This document shows, piece by piece, positions 10,374 through 23,566 of a DNA stretch of 64,000 nt; within the stretch, counting starts at the first letter, position 1, and the number at the start of each line of letters is the position of its first letter. The position numbers and the translations under genes were made by a program. Source of the DNA: Octopus sinensis (lineage: Eukaryota); assembly GCF_006345805.1 (NCBI RefSeq), contig NC_043004.1:4278001-4342000 (forward strand). The letters run 5' to 3'. The notes under the pieces were generated by a model. It searched no databases and was not told the DNA's origin. It saw only the letters and a program-made list of their open reading frames with translations.

Positions 10374-10510
10374 CGGGCTTCTTTCAGTTTCTGTCTACCA
10401 AATTCACTCACAAGGCTTTGCTTGGCTTGAAGCTATAGCAGAAGACACCTACCCAAGGTGCCACGCAGTGGGACTGAACCTGGAACCATGTGGTTGGGAA
10501 ACAAGCTTCT
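9838..10510 (-). mobile_element. Dominant-family SINE interrupted by a Penelope-like tail (about 10055-10225) and a long (TA)n
   Basis: SINE tail and body at 9838-10050 and head at 10370-10510. The intervening piece carries a degenerate hammerhead-like motif (10127-10162). Confidence 0.7.
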
Positions 10511-12322
10511 TACCACACAGCCATGCCTGATTTTGAACATTCAAAAAAAAGTTAACTGTTGTACTCTATACCAGACATGAACAACATTTTTCGAGAGACT
10601 TCATTTTTTTTTTTTCTTTTCTAATTTTGACAATAAGGAAGCTATTTTGAAGGGAGACGAAGTCGATTACATTGAACTCAGTACTTGACTGGGACTTATT
10701 TTAATGATCCCGAAAGAATAAGGCAACCTGACCTCGGTGGCATTTGAAATCAGAAAATAAAGAGCCGAAAGAACTGCTGCTAAGTATTTACTCCAGAACT
10801 GTAACGATTTTGCCAACTTGCCCCCTTTGAGTTTGTTGTGGTATTGTATCGATGTATTTTAAACATTGTTGGAGTTGATGTTGCTGTATCAGTTGTGGTG
10901 AGTGATCAGGCTGGCTGTGTATAATATGACAAGGCAAACTCAGGAACATTTAACAGATTTTATTAAGGAAAAGAGAAGCATGTATACATACATAAATTAT
11001 CAAATCCTCATTGGTAACAAACTAGGAGTTGGGGATTAACTTAACTGTATTTTCTCAGTCATTAGTTATCTGGAAAATGAGAGACTGCCGAAACCTGAAG
11101 CTTTTTCCTTGATTTCCTTGGTAAAAGCTGAAATATGTCCCGCTTGAAATGCCATTAGAGCTCTACTTCAGTCTGGCTTATGGTGAGAGATGAGATGTGT
11201 GTTCTATGTGGTGGTCTCGACCTTCTATTCTGAGATCTTCGCGGCACCGCTTATCATGCAAGGTAAATGCATGAATCTCAAGAAAATTTGAGATGATGTT
11301 CATGACATGGCTTCAAGCTGTTTGGTCAATATTTAGGTTGTTCACGTAAAACTTGCATGTTGCAATTGTAGCTTACTTATGATTGTGAACTAATTATTTT
11401 ACGGTTGGTGTTCAAATCCTTACAATTTCAATTTAATGTTGACTTCTAAAAATTGAAACAAACCCCAAAATTTAGGCGGAGGATATAGTCGATTAATTCG
11501 ATCCAGTGCTTGACTAGTACATTGTTTTATTGACCCAGAAAGATGAATCGCAAAGCTGGCCACGACAGGATTTGAACTCAGAATGTAAAAGATTTTAGTA
11601 AAATTCTGCAAAGAATTTTGTGTGACCCGTTAATAGGATTCTGCTAATCCACCACTCTTTTTATATATATTTCCATAATATTGGTAATTCCAGAAACAGA
11701 AAAACAAAATACAAAAACCATTCTAACTAGAAATTCATGTCAGAGCATTGAACTAAGCAATTATAAATGGTATAATTAGTTAAGGAAATAGGAGAAGCAG
11801 GGGAAGTGACCTCATAACCTTTAAAGACCCCCAACTAGACTTGTGAGAGTGATGTCATTGATGGCATGGTGGAATATTGTCATGTCGATATCTGTAGCAT
11901 AAATATGGGTGGGGAAGAAAATAGGAACCTATTTGCAACGCATGCAATAAAAGATATTTCGCTAAAGACATCGAGAGATTGGGTGATGGTATTAAACCAA
12001 TTAGGATATGAGGGCAGTGGACGACCAGCCAAGAAGTCAGCTGATTGAACCAAACAGTTTTATCGTTTTATTACCATTCAGTGGTCTTAGGTCTTAAGAT
12101 ATCTGATTTTTACTTCATACTTATTTGTCTTTATAGAGCGAATGAAATACTGATTAATAGTCATAATCTCTTAATATAGTTCCATTAATATCCAGGATGT
12201 TTTATAATAATATTGAATCAACTCATTACTAGGTAATCAGAGAAGCATAGTTGATTAAGACAAGTCCTGAACTCAGGAATGATCTCGTTTGAGATTACAA
12301 CCATCTTTGTCTAGTTTAACCC

Positions 12323-13240
12323 TGTTGTGTCCACTGCTCTGATTGGTTGGCATTTGGCGCAGTTTGTCTTCCGACTTATTTCGCGCCAGTGTGTAGGCCA
12401 ACCAATCATGGCCTTTGGATAAGGTCTCGTGACACTGTTTTCCTGATCCCTCATTTGAGCCATCTAAACCCTATAAATAATCCAGCATTTCACTATTCCT
12501 GGTCTTTCGGCTTTAGACCTTCTAAGGTCTAGTCACTGACCACAGAGCTACTCAGCCATGTTCCAGTTTGAGCGACAGACGACCAGTCAGCCAGCCAGCC
12601 ATGCTACTGCTCCAGCCATGAAGATGCTATTATACACCAGTGACAGACAGGATGTTCTCCATCTCCGCCACCGTCATCACCATCGCCGACGACTTCATGT
12701 ACACAACATTCACACACGTTTAAACTCACGCTGTTTGTGAATATTTCACCGAGGTAAAACAGTTCCAGTCTACCCGAAAGAACTTTCTGTACCAAGAGAC
12801 TCGGCACAGCATAATAGCCACAACTTCTACACGTGTAGTAACCGGTCTCTGCCACGTGACCCCCCCCCCAACATTTTGTTATAGAACTCTTGCTATCATG
12901 TACCTCACTTATGAACTGGTAAACTAATTCCATCTTAACTCAATATGCTGAGACATTCATCTTATGCTCTGTATTTTGTTCTATACGCATACACCTCTGT
13001 CACATACACGAACTCACAGGTACAAACACTTATCGCATGCATCTAGACACAATACTGCTAGCACTCACAACGCACTATCTTTGTACACATTGTAAATAAA
13101 GTCTTCTCTCTCTCAGACAGTTGAACGGTTGTCGTCCATCATTTATTCCTTTTGGCACTGTATTTTATATTATGTATTTGGCTTCATAGTTAGTTAGGGG
13201 CGACCGTGCGGCGTTCAAAAGGAAATATTTGTCACCAACA
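12323..13240 (+). mobile_element. LTR-like element (probable solo LTR), copy 2
   Basis: TGTTG...CAACA inverted termini, CCAAT 12402-12406, TATAAA 12472-12477 and AATAAA 13095-13100. Homologous to 1748-2709. No clean target-site duplication was found. Confidence 0.6.
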
Positions 13241-13345
13241 CCCCACGTACGGTCGTATTCCCTACAAGAGAGAGAAAATTCTGTGCTACTTTTGCATACA
13301 GTCTAGTGCAGTATCCATAGTCTCCACTGTGAAATGACTTGATCT

Positions 13346-13503
13346 GGGTTAGGAATAGGGTTATGGTTTAAGGTCAGAGTAGGGATAGGGTTTAGAGTTA
13401 GCTATTAGGGCTTAGGGTTTAGGGTTAGTTAGGGGTTGAGTTTTGGGGTTATGGTTATTTTTTTAGGATTATGGTTAGGGTTAGATTTTATCGTTATGGT
13501 TAG
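13346..13503 (+). repeat. Degenerate telomere-like (TTAGGG-type) interstitial tract
   Basis: Repeated TTAGGG, GTTAGG and TTATGG variants. Confidence 0.75.
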
Positions 13504-14375
13504 ATTGCACGCAAAAGCGTAAATGACCAGGTATAACGTACTCTAAAATCTAAAAGGCCGGGTTGACCGCAGTTCTTAGTGTCTACATACAGAGTAACTG
13601 TTTCCTAGTTCTTCCTCGTCAAATTGTTCTGAGTAGCTGCTGGAATTATCTCCCTTGCTTTCTTATTTAAACGTAAATAGATATTGGATACACATGGCAT
13701 GTGTTATAGTCGACTTGTTGCTTGAATAATATTCATTAGTCGAAGTTTTTCAACGCATATTAGATGCCAGACTATACCATACGAATATTTGAATCCATTA
13801 ACCGAGTTCTATTCCCTTCACTCAACAACAAACTCCCCAAAGTAAGACACGGACGTTTAAGATTCAAATTTTCTCACAGCCATAATTTTTACGTTCTTTT
13901 GCCTGAAAAAGAAATCAATTTGAGACAGAAAGGTTTTTAAAAAACAAATTTATGTGAGAATATAGATTTTTATCGCTACGTAGTAAAAATATGTGTTACA
14001 AATAAAGAAGATGAAAACAAAAAGCTGTAACTTAAAATATAAAATAGAATAAATAAATAAATAGCTATCAGACGAGCAATATTTCAGTATTTTCAATGAA
14101 TGGTTGGTTCGATAACGTAGCTTCTTTCAAAACAGGTGGCTCACACAACCTTCTAACAGCTGTTGAAAATATCTTTTTGAAACCATGTGGTACAACCTAC
14201 GCACTACTATACATCATTCTACATTCTGTGAATGTAAGTGTGTGTGTGTGAGAGAGAGATGGAGGCTGTTTCCTCTTGAGTTCTTTGGATTCTATGGTTA
14301 AAAGAAAGATACCTTTGCTTGAAACATATTTCGGTTCTCCTCTTAGCACACAAACTTTATGAATTTCACACAACA

Positions 14376-14414
<39 letters not shown>

Positions 14415-14759
14415 TGTGTGTAATACTTTCTAGGGCTATGTTAAGCACTCGACCCGGATTCCCTTTAACTATTTATTACGAAATTCTATGAGAGTCATCA
14501 AGAGAATCTTTAATTGAATACTCGACCAGCTAGAAATAACAACCAAATTTCTCTTAGATCATATCCTACTGCTTTAAATACGTAAGACATACAGAACAAA
14601 TGGAAGTAAATATCGGTGTCATGTATCGAACACCTTGCAGCGTATTGTCCACTCTTGTCCGTCCATATGCTAAGTGTAAAAAAAATATGCAGTGAACATT
14701 GCTGCTCATTCGTCTGAATTAGCGTTCAGCAGCAGCAGCAGCAGTGACGACGATGACCT

Positions 14760-15780
14760 AAGAAGTTCTCCGAGGCATAAGTGTGGGTAAGGCTGTTTAC
14801 AGAAGACCGGCAGTTGCCCATGCATATCAGCCTTTCCTCTCTACACCACCAATGTTATCCAAGTAAAAACGCAAAGGCTTAGTAACAGTGACGTCACAGC
14901 TCATTTCTACAGCTGAGTTAACTGGAGCAACGTGAAATAAAGTGTCTTGCTCAAGAACATCACATAGAGTCCAGTCTGAGAATTGAACTCATTACCTCAT
15001 GATTGGGAGCCCAATACTCTCACCACTGAGCCATGCGCCTTCACATATTATTATTATCTGTTTCTTTATTACCCACAAGAAGCTAAACATAGAGGGGACA
15101 AACAGATTAAGTCGATTACACCGACCCCAGTTCGTAACTGGTACTTAATTTATCGACCCCGGAAGGATGAAAGGCAAAGTCGACCTCGGCGGAATTTGAA
15201 CTCAGAACGTAACGGCAGACGAAATACGGCTACGTAGTTCACCCGGCGTGCTAACGGTTCTGCCAGCTCGCTGTCTCTTCACATATTATTATCATAATTG
15301 ATAACACTGATTCAGCTCCATACAACTTAGTTTTGTAGGCTTCTCATATAAGTTTAGCTCATCAATCACCTAAGCCTGATGAATGAAATTCATATGATGA
15401 GCCTACGAAACTAAGGTGCGTGGAGCCAAATAATACAATTTACAAAATAAAAATATATAGCTCAGTGATCAGCGCGTTGGGCTCACAATCATGAAGTAGT
15501 GAGTTTGATTCTCGGACTGGGCTGTGTTGTGTTCTTGAACACAACACTTTATTTCCTGTTGCTTCAGTTCATTCAGCTGTAGAAATGAGTGGCAACATCA
15601 CTAATGCCAAGCGGTATCAGCTTTTGCCTTTCCATTAGATGACACAGGTGGTATGGAGAGGGGAGGCTTCTATGCATGGGTGATTGCTATTCTTCCATAA
15701 ACAACCTTACCAGGACTTGTGCATTGGAGGGGAACTTTCTAGGTGTATCCCATGGTCATTCATGGCAGAATTATTACTGT
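14760..15780. mobile_element. Two copies of a second tRNA-SINE family in divergent orientation (about 14760-15045 minus, about 15455-15780 plus), with another SINE between
   Basis: CATTTCTACAGCTGAG...AAATAAAGTGTCTTGCTCAAGAAC in the first copy is reverse-complementary to GTTCTTGAACACAACACTTTATTTC...CAGCTGTAGAAATG in the second. Confidence 0.65.
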
Positions 15781-16381
15781 GCCAGGTAAAATCCTTAGCA
15801 GTATTTCTTTCATCTGTCTTTACATTCTGAGTTCAACTTTGCTTTTCATCCTTTCAGAGTCAATAAAATCAGTAACAATTGAGCACAAGAGTTCTTGTCC
15901 TCTGAAGTTGCTGGCCTTGTGCCAAAATTTGAAACCAATACATGTAAGCCCAACCAAATGTGTTGAGTGCCACTTTTGTTTGACCACTCAGTTATATATG
16001 TGTATATATATATATGTTTATGAATTTATTTAGCAAGATTCCTGATGTGGGATGGAAGAGTCACTGAAGAGGTCACAGGTGTGTGACAAAAAATTTCCAG
16101 AGAGTGGGTAAAAAATATGAACAATAATAAATGAGTGAAGAACAAATATATAGTGCATAGGTTTATTTGGCAAGAATATAAAAAATGGTCATTCCGAAAT
16201 ACAATAATATATATATAGATACACATCTGAGAATGTAAAGAATGGTAAAGATAAATAAAGACTACAAATGTTTCATAGCTAAACTCTTTTTATCATATAT
16301 TCTTCACCTTTTGTCATCTGTACTAGCTGTATATATGCTCGAAGTTTATTATCTTCATACATAGACTAGTGTATGTATATA

Positions 16382-17169
16382 CGTAGTCTGATCAATAAGT
16401 ATCTAGACGGTTGCCATAGTAATGAATCTAAAACAGAGTGAAACCACTTGGCACTGATTGACCTTGAACTCTGCTGCACATGTGCACCAAGTTTTAACAT
16501 TCTAGCTCACTTCCACTGTTTACAGCAGTGCTTGGAAGGAACATGTGTAGCATGTGATCATCGTATTGACCATGACAGAAAAAGCTGAGCAGAGAATCTG
16601 CATTAAATTTTGCCATAAGCTTGGTGATACCTGCTCAGAGGCTTATGTAAAATTTAAAAAACATGTTCATTGTTCTCGCCACAGTCAAGGAGATCTTGTG
16701 CAACTGAAACCTGAGTATCTTTTCGGACTGAACTGAACCATAACTAATCTGTACATCATCTGGTAACTCACAAATGATTTGATGATTTCCCCTCACAGCT
16801 GTGATGTTTTCCACATTTCTGCTGGTTGCAAGTGTCCCAGAACATTCGTCAATACCAACATTTTTTCGGCTATCTTGGAAACGTCTGAACCATTTGTACA
16901 CTTGTGTGTGGCTCATACACTGCTCTCCATACACTTTCTGCAACTTTGTGTAGGCCTTTGAGCAGGTATCACCATGGTCAATGCGACAATCACACGCTAC
17001 ACATTTTCCTTCCAAGCACTGCTGTAAACAACAGAAGTGAGCTAGAATGTTAAAACCTAGTGTGCATACACAGCAGAGTTCAAGGTCAATCTTTGCCAAG
17101 CAGCTTCACTCTGCATGCTTTAGCTTTGTTATTATGGCAACAGTCTAGATACTTATTGATCAGATCTCA
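16382..17169. mobile_element. Mariner (Tc1/mariner)-derived foldback element built from two inverted 5' ends
   Basis: TA-flanked TIRs CGTAGTCTGATCAATAAGTATCTAGAC / GTCTAGATACTTATTGATCAGATCTCA. The + arm encodes MTEKAEQRICIKFCHKLGDTCSEAY. The - arm encodes GDTCSKAYTKLQKVYGEQCMSHTQVYKWFRRFQD...QISYGSVQS (mariner N-terminal HTH). No catalytic domain. Confidence 0.85.
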
Positions 17170-17173
17170 TATA

Positions 17174-17245
<72 letters not shown>

Positions 17246-19876
17246 TAGTTAGTTAAAGTTAATCCAAACATCAAAGCACAAAAAAAAACACAACAACGCG
17301 AGGACGTGGAACAAATATAGTATTATTGGATGCTCAGGAAAGAAGGAGGATTTAACATTTTGAGCTGAGCTCTTCGTCGGAAACATAGAAGGAAAGATCC
17401 AGAGAAAGGAAGACAGAGGGAAAAAAAAATCGCCAACGGTACACATGCGGTCACATTTTGAATCATATATATATATATGTATTTATACTTTTGTCCCCAT
17501 GGGTAATATGAGGAAATATGGCACATATACAATAATCTTAATTAAACTTTTATTCAAATCTCTCAAAATGATTGATAACACAAATACTAATTTTTAGAAA
17601 ATTATTTCATACTGTCTCTCTCAATCTTTCTATATAATGTACATCATGACCGGAGAATTCAACCAACAAACAGTTTCATTGGATAATATATATAATTTAG
17701 ACTTAGGAGAAGGGATAGAGCTTCCTATATCTTTTCTAGGCTTTACTCATCTGGATAGGAGCAAGTGCCAAGTGATATGTTTTGAAATCTTTGAAGGCCA
17801 ATGGTTCATGGAAAACATTAGGTTAGGGCTTAGGTGAAACACAATAAAGGGAAATACATGAGGATGCTATCATTTGACTGTGTGTTCACTGAGATATTAA
17901 TTGATGATATTGCAACCAGGTTTTGCCACTTTTTTGGGGGGTTTTCTGCTGCTCTCTGTGAGTCAGTGGAACTGAGGTATGATCACTCTTTGATGATGCA
18001 AGACCAGCTTTTCCCCACCTTCCATGGTTGTCTTTGCCTGACAGGAGCCTCTTGTGACATGGCTATACCATTTCAGTTTCCTTGTCTTCATAATTGTCAG
18101 CAGATCCTTGTGGTCAAATAGCCGGTGTTATTCTCATCCCCACATCATCATGTTCTTTGTACAAGCCATCTCATCTTCATTGTGCTTACCTTTTTTCTTT
18201 TCCAATTCTTTTAATGTCCAAGCATTGCGGCTGTATAGAAATATGGATATCACAAATGAGGATAAGATTAGACAGAACGGTTATGCAATATCAGAACCCA
18301 GTAGTATTCCTTGATAACTATGTATATTAAGCATGGTTGTGTGGTTTAGAAGCTCGTTTTACAACCCTGTAGTTTTGGATTCAGTTCCACTATGTGGAAA
18401 TTACCTTCTACTAGAATTCCTGACCAATGAATACCTTGTGAGTGAATGTGGTAGATAGAAACAGTGAGGAAGCCCATCATATATGTGTGCATGTATGTCT
18501 TCCCATTTATTCATTTATACCACCACTGCTTGACAACCAGTTTTGATCTGTTTACATCCCTGTAATATAGCAGTTCAGCAAAAGAGATTGATAGAATAAG
18601 TACCAAACTTGAAAATATATACTGGGGTCAATTTGTTTAACTAAACCCCTTAAAGTAAGTGTTCCAGCAATACTGCAGTTTAATGACTAAAATAAATAGA
18701 TAAAAGATATAAACAGCTTTGTCCAGCAAACCCTGTCTTAATTGATTTTAAGCTTCATTAAGTAACAATTTTTGGCTCTCACTATTACCAAAGGCATCTC
18801 CTGGTAAAAGTACAACCTTAACAAAGCTAAGATCTCATTCCAGCAACTACCCATGCCCTTCAAGATTAGAAGCTACTTCAGCTCCTAACATTCTGCAAAG
18901 CTCAAATGAGGCTCTTTTCTCACATTTGAGACAGTGCTGTTGCAATACACACAGATATACCTCTCGTTTTTAGTAAAAATTACTGAATGGTAGTATGAAT
19001 GGAATAAAGTGTTTTATCACAGTCTCCATTGCAATTAGTGACATTTAAAACGGAGTGTTCAGGGCCAGCTTTTTTTTTTCTTTTTTGCATTTAAATTACT
19101 CCTGCTTCTAGGATGATTCAAATTACATTCTATCCAGACATATGAAGTAGTTCTATAAATCCTAACAACTGGATACCTTTTATGAAGTCTACTCTATATT
19201 TGAGCCTGTACGTGGTCCTTAGAAATGCTAGAAATAGCAGTCAAATCTCCCACAAATTGAAAAGAGAACATGATGAGCAATGTTATCCAAGGTCTCAGCT
19301 GGAATGCTTCTGGTTATAGTATAACTGCTTTACAATGATCCATTCATCCTATATTTAAGGAATTTGATTATGCCATTGTCCAACGACAACAGTAACTATC
19401 AGGTGTTGCTGCTTAACTTCAAGTGAATGATCGAATGTATACCAGCTGTGACCATCCCATCATTATAGGGACAAATAGGATTACAACAGCTAATGTCAGG
19501 GGAATGATTTCATTGCAGGATGTGGGTCACATAAACTGTCATAAGTTTCTAAAACCCTAAATAGTGGTGAGGATCAAAGCCTCAAGTTCAAACAATATAG
19601 AGGTGCTCACCAAGGAAATCATGAAATTATAAAACATTCAGTTTTTTCTCAGCAAAGAACCCCTACAAACTTTTATGCATTTGTAAGTTGCCAGTAGTAC
19701 TTAACTGTTTAGCACTCAGATTATTGTCAAATGTAATGCTAATTTATTAATATTGTTTTGAATTAATCATGCATTATCTCATAGCTTTGAGATTTTGATG
19801 ATGCGATAGTTTGACTGGTTTAAAAGCTAAAAGGCTAATGAAGTTTCTGGATACAGAAACAAGTCTTAGATAACTA

Positions 19877-20226
19877 GGAGCGGCTGTGTGGTAAGTAGCT
19901 TGCCTACCAACCACATGGTTCCGGGTTCAGTCCCACTGCATGGCACCTTGGGCAAGTGTTTTCTACTGTAGCCTTGGGCCGACCAAAGCCATGTGAGTGG
20001 ATTTGGTAGACAGAAGCTGAAAAAAGCCCATAATCTATATGTGTTTGTCCCCGCAACATCGCTGGTGTGTTTACGTCCCCGTAACTTAGCAGTTCAGCAA
20101 AAGAGACCAATAGAATAAGTACTAGGCTTACAAAGAATAAGTTCTGGGGTCAATTTGCTCAAATAAAGACGGTGCTCCAGCATGGCCACAGTGAAACAAC
20201 TGAAACAAGTAAAAGAGTAAAGAGTA
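19877..20226 (+). mobile_element. Dominant-family tRNA SINE
   Basis: Head GGAGCGGCTGTGTGGTAAGTAGCTTGC...GGTTCAGTCCC, ending in the tail GAAACAAGTAAAAGAGTAAAGAG. Confidence 0.85.
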
Positions 20227-23200
20227 ATATTCTGTTATGCTTGATAGTAAGACAAATTAGTGATTGCAATATTTGTGACAAGTCTATTTAACTACGGACT
20301 GATTGAATAAGCCATAAGTCAAAATTTGCAATAAATTTTAGTTTCAATATTGAGTTCCTCATCAGTAAATTATAAAGTTGCTTTAAAATAACCTCAACGT
20401 AACATTTGTTATACTAAATTACGTCTATTCTTTCAGTGGTTTAATGATCATCTATTTAATGTCAGAGAATTCTGCAAATGTTAGCAGTTCACATTTTGAA
20501 TTAGGTGGCCATAGTCATCTTCCATCCGACAACTAGTCAGTATTACTGATCATTATTTGATTGATTTCTCTATGCTGCTTCCCATGGTGATTCTAATTTA
20601 GTCTAATCTCTCACCTATAGTTGTTTGGGTCATAGGAATAATGGAAATCCCACTACAACAATCAAGATAAGAATCATTAAATTTAAATCAATAATGCTGA
20701 TAAATAGCAATCTTTTATTTTTAACAATAAATGGAAAGTACTTTCCCATTTTTTCATGTTTCTAACCAAACAGCAATCATCAGATAGTACATTAACTGGG
20801 TCCCCCTACCACTGCAATAAAAATATACAATGTGTTACTACTACTACTACTACTACTGAGTTCTCTTTCACATACTATACAGAGACAAACATTCTTTCCT
20901 TCTAAATAAGCTTGGTATAGCAAAATAACTGTACGCTGTTCTTGAAGAGTTATCGAACTTGCTCAAAGCAAATGAAAAATAATAATCAGTAAATGCAATC
21001 TTCACTATAGAAAGAACTTTTTGTTTCGGTACAAGATCTTTTGTACAATATGGTGGATAAAGCAGTGACTTGCAGATATTTCATCAATCCCTTGTATCTT
21101 TGCGAGATGGTTCTGCACTTTGTAGCTGAACAACCTGCACAAACGATTTGTTTATAGTGAACAGCACACACCCTCCATCAAATTGACATTACCTGAACAG
21201 GTACATGGTGTATCATGTCAGGTGTCAAGGTAACCAGAACGTGAGATGAGGTTTTTGGTGCCTGGCCCAAGAGCAATCATGAGTGCCACATCCTAACTTC
21301 TAAGTCACGAGTTGTTTCAACCCCCAATAACAAAACCAAACTATACCAACCAGTCTCTTGACTGTGGAGTTTCCATACAAATACCCATTACTTTGATTAA
21401 ATCAATAACAAAAAAGATACCTAAATTCAAATTCTCTGTGGTCACCTGATTAAAAAGTTCACTAAGTAGATATGTGGGGTTCCAGATTTGAACCACCACT
21501 ATGCTGTATCTTGGGCAAGTGTCTTCACCAATAATCACAAGTGATTATATCTTGCAAATGGAATTTACAGCCATGCTAGCATGGAAGGTGGAAGTTAAAT
21601 GATGATAATAAAAAAATCATTGTCTGTCAGTGTTTACACTGTCCCAATTCTTCACCAAGACAAAACCCCACCAAAAACCAAACAACTCAATATTGTTTAA
21701 GACATATTCTTTTATGTCCCACAAAAGAACACATCTCTGAGATTCATGAGCTGATATGATAAAAATCAGACCCTTGAAAGTGATGCAAAAACATGGCAAC
21801 ACACTACTACCATGTCTGAAACAAGTGAAAGGATTTAACATTTTTTAGCATCAATCAAACAAGAGATCTAAACAGTTTCTACATGGTTAAATGACTGGAG
21901 AGAAACAGCTACCAAATTTTTGTCTTGCAAGGGAGAAAACATTGGGCAATGTAACAAGATAACTAATACCCGCTGGATTTCTATTAATCACAGATCTGTC
22001 CTAGGGCTAAAATCAACAACAGAAATTATGATCATTGCAATTTTGATTCAACATTAAAAACAAAAATGACAAAGAATTATCTATGACAGCAGAAATTTTT
22101 AGGATTTGTCATTTTATTCAAATTATGTACACAATAATTTGGTTTTTGTAATACTTGCCAACACCCACATACCAAATTTTCTTAAAGGGGAAAAAAAACC
22201 CATCCCCAGACAAAGACAAAAATTATACCTGTAAGATTACTGTGGTTTGAGGTAACTGTGAGCTGGTTGCCAGCATCTAGAATTGATTAGTAATGAAAAA
22301 CCAGCTAAAGCAAGTCAGATGTGTTAAAAGATAGAAGAGTTGATTTTATTGATGCATAAATATACAGTCACCGCAAGCTTTCTAGCAAGGAAAACGTGAG
22401 TGAAATTAATTTGGAGGAAAGAGAAGACGTGAATTTTATATCTATATATATTCATTTATATAAAACTGTAATTGAGTTAGATCTCCTTGCAGTCTAACAT
22501 CCATTGTTATTAGTTCTGATGGGAAAAATAAGTTAGAAAGAAAGAAAAATTTAGTTTGCTTTATATTGTATGTATTAAGTCATTTGGGTAATGTTTACAT
22601 TTGATGATGAGGGGGATGGAGGTAGCAATGATGAAAGGGCCAGTGAAAAGAGAGAAAAAAGACAAAAAAAAAAAACCCCACCCCTTTATCTAAAACAGAA
22701 ACCAGATGAAGTCAGTCAGTGAAATAAAATTTAAATTAAAAATAAGTTTTCTATTACTTAGGGAGAAATTGTATAAAGTAAATGTTGCATATATTCACAG
22801 TATGCAGAGTCAAGATTAGGTGACTAACAAACACTATGGAAGGGTTAAGATTTGCTCAGCTCTTGATGGACCCAGCAGTTGTTTTGTACAAACTGTACAG
22901 ATCACCAATGACTCAGTGATGGTGGATAATAATGCTGATTGTAGCTATTAAAATATGTGTATATCACAGACACACAGCAATGTAATATTCGTCATTTCCA
23001 TTCTCTGTCTGATTTCTTCATTTTCAATGCTAATAATTGTCTTAAGCATTAAGGAGAGATGCAACAAATATCAAAACAATTTAATACAGTTTATGATTTC
23101 AGTCAGAAAACCCAGAGAAACATGAGAAAACAGTCTCCAGAATAATTACTATAGGTATCAGAATGGTATTTGCTTTTCTTTCCACTTCCAAAGTAGTTGT

Positions 23201-23457
23201 TTGTCCATCTTTTGAAACACTTCCACGTGCAGATTACAAAAAAACCCAGCTGGAATTTCCATAGTAACAGCAGGTTAACTACAAATGGTTGCAGCTAGAT
23301 GACATTTCAGAACTGATTGCTATATATAAAAAAAAGGGGGAGAAAAAAAAAAGACAGGAAGAGTTTTTGTCAGTTACAAAGATTTTCTTTTTTTTTTTTT
23401 TTACAGGAACTGACAGCTGGTCTGCTCAGAGTCGGCACTTGTGGTTGACACAGTAGC

Positions 23458-23566
23458 CTACCTTTTGCTATTACTGTGTCCCATTCCCCTAATGGGCATT
23501 TTGAAATTGGCAGCAGCCTGATACTGGAGTTGATATGCTAATGGGTGAATCTTGAAACCATATAAT
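23458..23566 (-). CDS. CSNK2B: Casein kinase II beta, terminal coding exon: (R)[35 protein letters not shown]
   Basis: Acceptor TTTTCAG, phase 2. Matches the CK2beta C-terminal RLYGFKIH motif. Stop TAG at 23460-23458. Confidence 0.93.

Noticed and set aside
1748-13240. The two LTR-like copies as the ends of one full-length retrotransposon
   Set aside because: They are too diverged. No gag/pol remnants, convincing PBS/PPT or shared target-site duplication were seen.
17637-18330. Cluster of short + strand ORFs
   Set aside because: No coherent product. The minus strand shows traces of a decayed LINE RT C-terminus (KLKWYSHVTR-like) with stops, too degraded to annotate confidently.
20986-21171. 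Cys-rich 61-aa ORF downstream of CK2beta as a possible alternative last exon
   Set aside because: No suitable acceptor or phase link to the CK2beta donor could be established. It is probably a decayed repeat or UTR sequence.
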